Source: Octopus vulgaris
Taxonomy: Eukaryota
Direction: 5' to 3'
DNA: 64,000 nt
Assembly: GCA_951406725.2 (NCBI GenBank)
Contig: OX597816.1
Coordinates: forward strand, 165,850,001-165,914,000
Both the position numbers and the translations under genes were made by a program. The notes under the pieces are model-generated. The model searched no databases. It worked only from the letters and a program-made list of their open reading frames with translations, and was not told the DNA's origin. Shown here one piece after another: positions 53,916-64,000 of the stretch. The first letter of the stretch is position 1, and each line of letters begins with the position of its first letter.

Positions 53916-55451
53916 ATGATATAGACGGGAAATGCAAAAAAGAAAAACAGTCAATATTTTTGTAGCTCAAAAATTGCGATTTACGACATAAAATGTCTTC
54001 TAAAATTAGCCAGAGCTAATAATGACAAACTTTAATTACTAAATATTGTTAAGCACACCTCTGCAAATGCGATGTACATAAGCAATTCACTTTAAATACA
54101 ACGAACAACCGGCAGTGAGACTGCTTTTAACCTATTCCCAAATAACTCTCATGGCAGGCAATAGGTTAAGGCCATACATAGAAATGTAAATATGTTGCTG
54201 AGAGTATTCGTTGTAAACAAGAAAATATTTTATTTTCACTCTAATATACCCTACTTTATCTTTTTAACATCCCATGCGTTAAACATCCTTATATAAAAGC
54301 TACATACATCTTCACAATAATAAAGATGAGAATATATATAATTTAATTCAGGTTGCTGGAAAAGCACGTTTCGTAAAGCGAAAAGATATTTCTATCTTCA
54401 TTGGTCGAAGACATACAAGATGGAGAGAGAAATATAATTTTTCAAGTGATGAGCGCATGTCTCGATTTAGTATGATATTAATAATAAAACAATTTCGAAT
54501 TTTCTTTTCTTTCTTCTGGTGTCTGAATGTAGCTTGTGAAAATTTCTCATTGAACATAACCTCTTCACGAGTCCGGTAAATTTTGGTTGTATTTCGAATA
54601 GTTGTAAGATAATATTTTGTAAAGCTTTATTCAGATCAGAATAAATGTGTTGAAGTCGTGTAATACATATATAACTATTTTTTGTTCATACCAAACTGTA
54701 TAAATACTTACTATTTTTCTAATCTAAATAATACTTAACAAAACATTTTCTCACAGCTATTCTGGGTACATTTAGATCGTGCCGGGATCGTGAGAGAATC
54801 GTTTCAGTCAGATTGTTTCGCGTGTTTCTCTTTTTTAAACATCAAAAAAAGAAAAAGAAAATACGAAAATTAATTTGAGAATAAAAATTATTAAGGTTTT
54901 CTTTTAAGATACGTACCTACGGCTCCCAGAAGCTGGTCTAGTCGGTAGGAGTTGTGCGTCATTTCTTGGCGTATGGCTATTGGAAGCAAAACACGTCTTT
55001 TATTGTAGATTATTGTATCTTATATCTTTTAGTCTTGTTACTTCTTTCAGTCTTGGATTGCAGCCATGCTGGAGCACCACCTTGAAGAAATTTTGTCGAA
55101 AAAATCAACCCCAATACGTTTTTTTAGGCAAGTACTTATGCTATCGATCTCTTTTTTACCGGACCTGTAAGTTATGAGGTCGTTAACACACTAACACTGG
55201 TTGTGAAGCGATGGTGGAGGTACAAACATAGACACAAAGACACTCACACGCACACACCCACACGCACGCACACACACACACATGCACATAGATGAGAGGC
55301 TTCTTTCAGTTTCCGTCTACCAGATCCACTCACAAGATTTTGGTCAACCCGAAGCTATAGTTAAAAACACTTGTCCAAGGTGCCACGCACTGGATTGAAC
55401 CAGGAAGCCACGCCTTTTTGGTATTTTTTACATTCACATACAGAAATATAT

Positions 55452-55835
55452 TCTTTTCCACTCTAGGCACAAGACCCGAAATTTTGGGGAGGGGACCAGT
55501 CGATTAGATCGACCTCAAGTACGCAACTGTTACTTAATTTATCGACCCCAAAAGGATGAGAGGCAAAGTCGATCTCAGAACATAAAGACAGCTGAAATAT
55601 CTATTTCTTTATTACCCACAAGGGGCTAAACACAGAGAGGACAAAAAAGGACAGACAAACGGATTAAGTCGATCGAATCTACCCCAGTGCGTAACTGGTA
55701 CTTATTTAATCGACCCCGAAAGGATGAGAGGCAAAGTCGACCTCGGCGGAATTTGAACTGCGAGCATAAAGACAGTTGAAATACCCGCTAAACATTTCGA
55801 CCAGCGTGCTAACGTTTCTCCCAGCTCGCCGCCTT
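55452..55835 (-). mobile_element. Dimeric SINE-B
   Basis: Same two-body architecture as 41125-41495. Confidence 0.8.
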
Positions 55836-56405
55836 AGAAATATATTCATCTACTGTGACTGACACTTCAGGAAAGAGGCATTATTTTTCTTTAAGGGCCT
55901 TGTAAACAAAATCAGGCTGTTTAGCCTTGATTTTCCAGCCCAAGGTTGCGTCGCTTTGTCTGAAGGGCTTTTCTAGTCTTCGTTTATAACACCTTTCCTC
56001 CATTAGTATTTCAAAATGCTAGTATAACTTCTAGTAAATGAAATCCACAACTCTATTATGTTTGTTGGCTTTTTTTCTTCTTCCCAGGCCATGTCTAAAC
56101 AGTCAGATTTATCACATTTTTTCCCAGGCTGTCTAAACAGTCACATTTATTACAAATGCAATAAATCCTTTCTTCCCACATCTTTTTTTTTTTTTGACTT
56201 GTTTCAGTCATTACACTGCGGCCATGCTGGGGCACAGCCTTGAAGAATTTCTAGTCGAATGAATCGGCCCCAGTATTTACTTCTTTAAAAGCCAGGTACT
56301 TATTCTATAGGTCTCTTTCGCCGAAACACTAAGTTACGGGGACTTAAACACACCGACACAGATTGTCAAACAGTGGTGGAGGACATATACAGACAGTACA
56401 CACAA

Positions 56406-56465
<60 letters not shown>

Positions 56466-56467
<2 letters not shown>

Positions 56468-56635
56468 CCCGGATGAGCCAATATCTAAGCAAGAAACTCA
56501 AAAGAGGGCAGCAACATCGAACTCCATCCTTCACCAAAAGCCTCTCCGACAAAGGTGGAAAATGGAAAGTTGATCACAATGGCGCTGCTCCAGCATAGCC
56601 ACAGTCATTGTACTGAAACATATAAAAGAATAAAA

Positions 56636-56640
<5 letters not shown>
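56466..56640 (+). mobile_element. CR1/L2-group LINE 3' end inside the microsatellite of a minus-strand SINE-A (56195-56852)
   Basis: IPDEPISKQETQKRAATSNSILHQK...* then gctgctccagcatagccacagtc..ctgaaaca tail. Confidence 0.8.
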
Positions 56641-56700
<60 letters not shown>

Positions 56701-56999
56701 ACGGTTTTCTTTCGGCTTCTGTCTACCAAATCTAAGGGTTCTGTCAGTTCGAGGTTATAATAGAAGACACTTGCCCAAGGTGTCACGCAGTGGGACTGAA
56801 CTCAGAACCATATATTTGGAAAGCAGACTTCACACTACACAGCCACGCCTGCGTTTGTTTCATTATATCCCTTTGGTGGTTTCTGCTGAGACGGTTTTAA
56901 TTTTGTGCCGTAATCAAAACCCTCTTCAATCCTAACTAGCTAGTACTGCAATTTTTCTTCCCGCCACCAAATTTAGCGAAGTACGAATTTTCATGTCAT

Positions 57000-58800
57000 C
57001 ACTTTATAATGCAATTTTGTAAGACCAAGATCTGGCTCAGCTTTTAACTTCATTCTGCTGTTGCTTTTTCTTCATACAATCGTCTGTTATTTTTTAACTT
57101 TTTTTGAAGTCAGAATATGGTTTTTGTTTTTATTTTTACTTTGTTCGCGTTTTCTTGCTATTCGTATCAGTTTTAAATTGTTCTTTCCTCGATTTTTCTG
57201 TAATCCAGCGGTCGATATTTTATTATAGTTTTCTAGCTGAATAAAGCATCTACTTCCCAACAGTTGTAGAAAATATATCTCATTTCAAATTTATTTGCTT
57301 TTCTGTTTAATTTTGGTTGTTCATTTATTGTCCAGTCTAAAATACTAAGACAGCTCTGTTTGTTTTCGGTGGTGGTGGTGGTGGGATCAGTAAAATACAT
57401 TACTCCATCGATAAGATTGCTCTCTAGCTTCTTCTTTCGCTTGTGAGTTTTACAATTTGTCTAGTTCATTGATTTCTTATTTCTTTATTGCCCACAAGGG
57501 GCTAAACATAGAGGAGACAAACAAGGGCAGGCAAAGGAATTAAGTCGATTAGATCGACACTAATGCGTGACTGGTACTTATTTAATCGACCCCGAAAGGA
57601 TGAAGGGCAAAGTCAACCTCGGCGGAATTTGAACTCAGAACGTAGCGGCAGACGAAATACTGCTAAGCATTTCGCCCGGCGTGCTGACGTTTCTGCCGGC
57701 TCGCCGCCTTTCCAAGCTCATTGATTTCTATGTATATGTTTGTGTTTGCTCTAGCTTTCTGTTTCTTCCTCTAGCTTGATATTGTTTGTAATTGTTAGTT
57801 CAAGTTTGCTTTGCTAACATTACAGGCTAATGTAGTTAGCAGGGATGTTATCCAGAGGTTTGGTGAAAACAAGTCTCCTCAAATCTCAAGAAAATTTCTT
57901 AGGAATACAGGTCGCCTCCTTTTTGCAGGTCAACAATACGTGCTTCAATTTCAATTTTCTTCAGCCGCTAATGCAGTGATTTGAATATTGTGCCGAGTGC
58001 ATCAATTATCACGGGAACAATGGTCATCTTTGTCTTCTACAATCTCTTCATCTTTCTGTTTAGGTCTTGATATTTCTCAATTTCCTCAATTTCTTTCGTA
58101 TCCACTCCATTATTATATAGTATTGTAAAATCTATAATCTTACGCTATTTGTTCTTCCTGTCTCTTGCGGCCATATCTCATCTCTTTGTTTCAAAAGTAT
58201 GGTCAATCTTTATGGAGACATCCCATAAAATCTTATTATTAGCATTCACCACAGGAACCTCTGTCTCGTTCATATTACTGTCTAAAATTCTATTGCAGTC
58301 TTTTAACAACACACTGATGTATTGTTACTTATATTTTGTCTTTGTGCTGGTTTACTACACTCACTTGAGATAGTTTATACTTTTGTTCCCTTTTCTTCAC
58401 ATTCTGCGTTTGATCTGTGACTGAGTTTTATCAATTTTTGTCTTTATGAAATTCTTTTTAATGACTTGTTCCTAAGTAACTGTAATTAGTGATTCATTTT
58501 CTCGTTTCAGTTTCCATCTATCCAACAAAAACCAGCGCCTTCAATTTGTTATATAAATTTATCATGTAATTCCTTCTGTTTCTAGCAATTTGTCTTGTTC
58601 TTTTTTCTTTCTTGAATTTTCTTATTCAACTTTTGGTTATTTTACATCGCGGATTGTTTCTTTCTTCACTATGCACGACATAGCTTTTAAAACATAGAAT
58701 CGCAGTGCCAATAGTAGAGACAGCTGACATCGTTTTAGAGTTGTGTGCATTGTGTGAGCAGTTTCCTTCTATTTTGTTTTTCCATTCCTCCGTTGTTTTT
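57000..58800 (-). pseudogene. Highly decayed R4/Dong-like LINE fragments, interrupted by a SINE-B at 57477-57710
   Basis: 57880-58230 minus reads ILWDVSIKIDH...IIDF...EIEKYQDL...TIVPVIIDALG (RLE C-terminus); flanks only weakly recognisable. Confidence 0.55.
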
Positions 58801-59412
58801 GTCTGTTTTGTCCAATTCCAAGATGAGCAGAATATCTTAACACAAATGACTGTCCACTGATTCCTCTAATATCACTTCCATCTGATTTTGTTTCAAGCAC
58901 TTCCCCAATCGTTCCCTGGTACTCTTTGGAGACTTTCTCATTTCTTTCCCCATTACCTTATTGTCCTGTAGCACCTCTGAGTATCTCTCAGCGATGCAAT
59001 GATCTTGTCTTCTAGTAATTTTGTACCATCATGTCTAATCTTTCGACCCCGCTTCATAATTAAAACTGCACATCTCTGCAAGGAATGTATTTTTTATTAA
59101 TACCTGTGCTTCATCTTGATGCGCAAATGAACACGACGGCAAGAGAATAGGTAGTTCTTTTATCCTTCCGCCCTTCAGAGCAAAATACAAAATTACCTTT
59201 TGAAAATGCAATTTTCAAACAGCATTTTTTGCACAATATCCTATCCACCCGCCAAATTGAACACCTCCAAATAATTCAAAATGGCATCGCCTTTGCTAGC
59301 GATTTGAGAAGAGAGAGAACCTGGAAGTAATTCAAGTAAGAAAAAAAGTGGCCATTGAAACACTGCGATTTCCCTTCACTGAAAAGGACTTACCTTCTCT
59401 CCCTGCCACCAA

Positions 59413-59471
<59 letters not shown>

Positions 59472-60496
59472 TCCGCTTACTTTCAATACAATGATCTCAG
59501 TGGCTCGCTTGTTGAACAAGTCGAGTTATGTCCGTTCACGACCAGAAAGGTAAATAGCAACGGCGACAGTTATGATGAGGACAAGGACGGTGTCGATGGT
59601 GCTAATGATTGGTAATGACGATGATGATAAGGATGATGATGATGGTTAAACAGACGAGGATGTCGACGGTGCATCATCATCATCATCATCATGGACACAG
59701 TGAGAGTAGCAATCTACTTGAATCTGTAGTAGAACGTTGAACGTCGAAGCCATTTTACTCTTGCTCTTTTTTTTTCAAATTTCTCCATCAAATGTCATCT
59801 AAGCACCATGGTCAGCCTACCTGGATATAGAATAAAAAATAATCGATGAGTTGTGGATGACAGGAACAACAAAGTTTAAAAATTAATTAAATTTTTTGAA
59901 AGCCATCTGTCGAGAGAAATCACTTTGGAACTTCATTAATTACAAGAGACGACGACGATTTTCGAGAACAACAATTATTTCTGCCGAACGGAATCAATGT
60001 CTTATGTCAGAAACACTTTAGTTTGATTAGAAAATAAGGCAAACCTATAAATGTATTTTCTGACCTGCCAGCTTGTTAAAGTACAATTATCAGATATTTA
60101 TAGGAGGAGAAGAACTAAGGAGATTGCAATAGCCGAGTCTAACCAAAGAATTTGTTAAAATCATTGAAATGGAATGACTACAAACCATTAATTGAAATTG
60201 AAATTAGTTCACAGCATCGGTTCTGAGAAGCTACTCATTATGAAAACGGTTTTGTTGTTGCTGTTGTTGTCTGTGTCGAATTTTAATTTACGGACGGTTT
60301 GTTGTTATCAAAACCGTTTTGAATTTTGTTTTCGAGATTCGCAGTTGTCGTCCCTGCCTGATGTCTTGAACATATTTAACCCTTCATTCAATGCTGACGC
60401 CTTGTAAATACAGCAGTAGCCTCGGCAAATTATAGATGTCTTGCTCTCACCGCATTAAAGGTATCAGTCTATACGTTTCCATCATACTTTAACGAA

Positions 60497-60596
60497 NNNN
60501 NNNNNNNNNNNNNNNNNNNNNNNNNNNNNNNNNNNNNNNNNNNNNNNNNNNNNNNNNNNNNNNNNNNNNNNNNNNNNNNNNNNNNNNNNNNNNNNN
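60497..60596. other. Assembly gap (100 N)
   Basis: Run of N. Confidence 1.
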
Positions 60597-61493
60597 TCGA
60601 TCAGTTCAGAAATTGCGTGCGTTAGCTTGCCTTTCTGAATTTGAAAAAAATGGAAGTAAACGACAGAATGCAGAAAATGCTATGATTTAAATTAGACTCA
60701 TAGATAATAAAGAATCACCTAAGCATCGTATTGAAACATAAGAGTGTCTCCAATCAAGTGATCCGAACCTTAATGCTTTTATCGAATTTATTCCATAACT
60801 TCAAATGCTTTCTACATTTCAGACGACTGAAAAACTAGAAGAGTGACCTTGACGATATCACTGCGATTATGTCGATGAGAACAAGATTTTAAATGTCACA
60901 TTCTTGAATTTAAGTTTACAGTATCAAAATGTTCTACATTTGGTAAATCTTTTATTAAATGTGTTTGTGGGGGAGGGGGTTTGTGAGGAGAGCCAGTTTA
61001 CAAAAAAATGTAGCGAAATTTAAAGATACTGAAAATGATGATTCTGCAAGTATTTATTAATGGAATTAGAAAAACAGCAGAATTCTATGCTGATCAATGT
61101 GAATCTCAATGCAAACGTTGAGATGCCATTTAACACCGGAAGTCGTACTGGGAGACACTGTGGTAACTTTGAATTTTGGAGAGGATTTGAATGAAGCAAA
61201 AGAAGAAAGGTTATCTAAAACTAAAACAATTTGATGGATCAGTCGTTGAGATTTTTGGCAAATCGTGATGCATTAATAGAAACTGATAAGAGATGTGAAT
61301 GTCATTGCTGAATGTAAATAAATAAATAAATAAATAGCAAATAGGTTGCTTGTTATCGATCTAACGAATGGTGATAGTTCAACATTATCTTATGAATTTG
61401 AAGATCCAGATCAATTTGGGAGATTAAGTGGTTTTAAGGCTAGTATTTTTCTCAGAAATAATTCTAGGTCATATATTGCTCATTAACAATTTA

Positions 61494-61680
61494 CAAGGGG
61501 TTGCTGAATAGTTCTTGGCTTTAAGGGTGTCGCAAAAGGCCCAAGGGCTTAGAAAAACTGAAGGACCGTGGCAATAAGTGAGTGAATCTGAGAGGGGAAT
61601 ATGTTGAATAAAATCATAATAAACTGATCCTCCTGTATTTTCTTTAACCCAAAGCCAGGAAACTTTTCAGTGTCCCCTCG
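61494..61680 (+). mobile_element. Short mariner MITE
   Basis: TA|caaggggttgctgaatagttcttggcttt ... aaagccaggaacttttcagtgtcccctcg|TA; retains GLEKLKDRGNK*VNLRGEYVE*. Confidence 0.85.
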
Positions 61681-62162
61681 TATTTTAAACCATTAGTCAC
61701 AATGAAGGTAGGGAAAGTAATTAACTAAAAAATTTTGGTAGAGCTTTACCCTGGATGAGGAAAATGGTCCTTTTTATTAGGCATTTGAGTGAAAGTTAGA
61801 TGGAAATGCCAGAATGCGTGGGAAACTACAATAATTGGTGTAAAGGAAATAATTTGTTCAAATTCTTATCTAATTTCAAGTACTGATCGATATTTCATTC
61901 TCTTTCTGAAATGAATCATTTTAACTAAATTGGATTTAAAAGTTGCATTTCATTAAATAATGTCTGACAATGCCTGTGAGCATCATAATAATTACTTTTG
62001 TTCATAAGAACTATATACGAAAACACCTCTATGTAACCCAGAATCAAATGAATTTTCTATATGGCTGGAACAGTAGTGGCTGTGTGCAAAGACATTTGCT
62101 TCCTGATTACATGGTTCTGGGTTCAGTCCCACTGCATGGCACTTTAAGCAAGTCTTCTCCTA

Positions 62163-62367
62163 CAGGATGTCCCAAAAGTCACAAAGGGGTCTAAAATTTA
62201 AATAAATTTGTTATAATTACATTTTTTAATTTGTAGTATAGATGTGATTTTTAACACCTAACGTATATGTATTTCCATTATACAAACTGTATATGGTACT
62301 AAAGTACTGTAAATTTGAAATGAAGCATAAATGAATTACCAATATTTGTGACTTTTGAGACACCCTG
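62163..62367. mobile_element. Tc1-like MITE inserted at TA within a SINE-A (62070-62580)
   Basis: TA|caggatgtcccaaaagtcacaaa ... tttgtgacttttgagacaccctg|TA. Confidence 0.88.
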
Positions 62368-63448
62368 TATAACTACGGGCCACCACTGTCACATCACAAC
62401 CGATGTTGGTGTGTTTACGTCCCCGTAACTTAGCGATTCGGCAAAAGAGATCGATAGAATAAGTACTAGGCTTTCAAAGAATACGTCCTGCGGTGGGGGG
62501 GGGGGTCGATTTATTCGACTAAAGACAGTGCTCCAGCATGGCCGCAATCAAAAGACTGAAACAAATAAAAGAAAAATAGAGTAACTGTCCATTCCCGGGC
62601 TAACTAAACAGAACCTATACTTGACGTGTAGGCATTTACACTTCTTTTAACGCCATCACCTGGATTGTTAAGTGTGGTGAAGCAACCTCCCATCTATCGG
62701 GTCCCCAGTTTGCGGATAGGGAAATGATCAGAGATCTGGCTGAGGAAGCAATGACCAAAATTTTCTGTCACAGATATTTGAAAAAAATTTTTATTTCTTT
62801 ATTGCGCACAGAGGGGACAAACAAAAGGATTAAATCGATTGCATCGACCCCAGTGCGTAACTGGTACTTATTTTATCGACCTCGAAAGGATGAAAGATGT
62901 TTGAATAAAATCGATATTTTCATATTATACAGCTACTTTTAAGATTTAAAAAATCACACATTATATTATGGGTGTTCTGTAATTTGAACAAGTATAAAAT
63001 GTTAGTTGAATAAATGCAGAAAACTATGCGTGTTATCTTTCCAGCGTTTTTCTGATGGAGACAGAACGTCAACTTGCTTCCTTTTTCCTATGTAAGTGTT
63101 ACATAACAATGTAAGATTATATCACAGGTATTACGAATTGACAGAAATTTAATCTAAGCGAGCATCTAAAACTATTCGTTATCAGCTCTTACAAGAAAAA
63201 AACATTGTCTTTGTGGCATTTTTATCGGAATTTTTTTTAAATATTACACTAAAAAGGATGCAACTACTTGTTGTTTCATGCTAATTCCGACAGTAACAGT
63301 CTGAAACCTATGATGTCATGTAGTTTATATTAATTTTACAGAACATTAGAAGAACGATCTTATGAAAATAAGTAATATAGTTTCAATTTTGTTTCTATAA
63401 TTTTTAAGGGAGGCATTGCTTCCCTTGTTTCCATGGACCGCACGCCCA

Positions 63449-63515
<67 letters not shown>

Positions 63516-63695
63516 CTCTTTTATACTTATATTATATTATATTATATTATATTATATTATAATATAGAGATAAAATTATATTATATTAAATTAGGTAAAT
63601 CATACAATGAAAAATTTAAGCCAATACATAAGATTAATTAATTTATATTATTTTAAATATATATCTTTTTTTTTATTTTAAATATTATTTTATTT

Positions 63696-63727
<32 letters not shown>

Positions 63728-63814
63728 TGATAAAAATTGTAAGACAACAAAAGAATAAAAGAGACCGCGATATTATGTAAAAAGAGGAATTTATCTGTAA
63801 ATGTAATATGTGAC

Positions 63815-64000
63815 AATTACTAGGTAACCATGATAAAACTCCGAGTTTGGGATGCCGAGGTGGAAATCCACGCCGCCGCCATCTCTTCAGTTATCCGGCC
63901 ATAGCATTTTTTCCGATGGCCGAATAACTGAAGAGATGGCGGCGTGGATTTCCACCCCGACATCCGAAACTCGGAGTTTTATCATGGCTATCGAATAATT
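63815..64000. repeat. Fold-back hairpin with an HHR in each arm
   Basis: ~85-bp inverted arms around agcattttttccg; runs to the window edge. Confidence 0.85.
63924..63982 (+). ncRNA. Type I hammerhead ribozyme
   Basis: ataa-CTGAAGA-gatg...catcc-GAAAC tcgga GTT-ttat; mirror copy on the minus arm has GAAA changed to CAAA. Confidence 0.78.

Noticed and set aside
60300-61330. Possible decayed LTR retrotransposon (DLDDI string near 60845)
   Set aside because: No further RT motifs; many stops; spans an assembly gap

Overview
Eukaryotic, AT-rich, repeat-saturated DNA. The SINE and microsatellite landscape suggests an octopus or other coleoid cephalopod, but this is an inference. No intact host protein-coding gene, rRNA, true tRNA or CRISPR array is supportable; almost all listed ORFs are read-throughs of (TA)n/(TG)n/(TACA)n/(TAA)n tracts. 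Real content: three tRNA-headed SINE families (called A, B, C here), non-autonomous Helitrons, mariner/Tc1/pogo/hAT/Kolobok-type MITEs, decayed LINEs (R4/Dong, RTE, CR1/L2-like), a 5'-truncated Naiad-type Penelope-like element (PLE) with an open 299-aa RT-thumb + GIY-YIG frame, and a 100-N gap. The most interesting signal is a dense set of short non-coding elements beside (TA)n tracts that carry type I hammerhead ribozymes (HHR). They include two unrelated ~575-nt monomers with ~30-nt terminal redundancy (retrozyme/circRNA-like) and seven fold-back hairpins, five of which turn in or near an HHR core or its 3' half. Coordinates were counted by eye; element edges may be off by a few bases.
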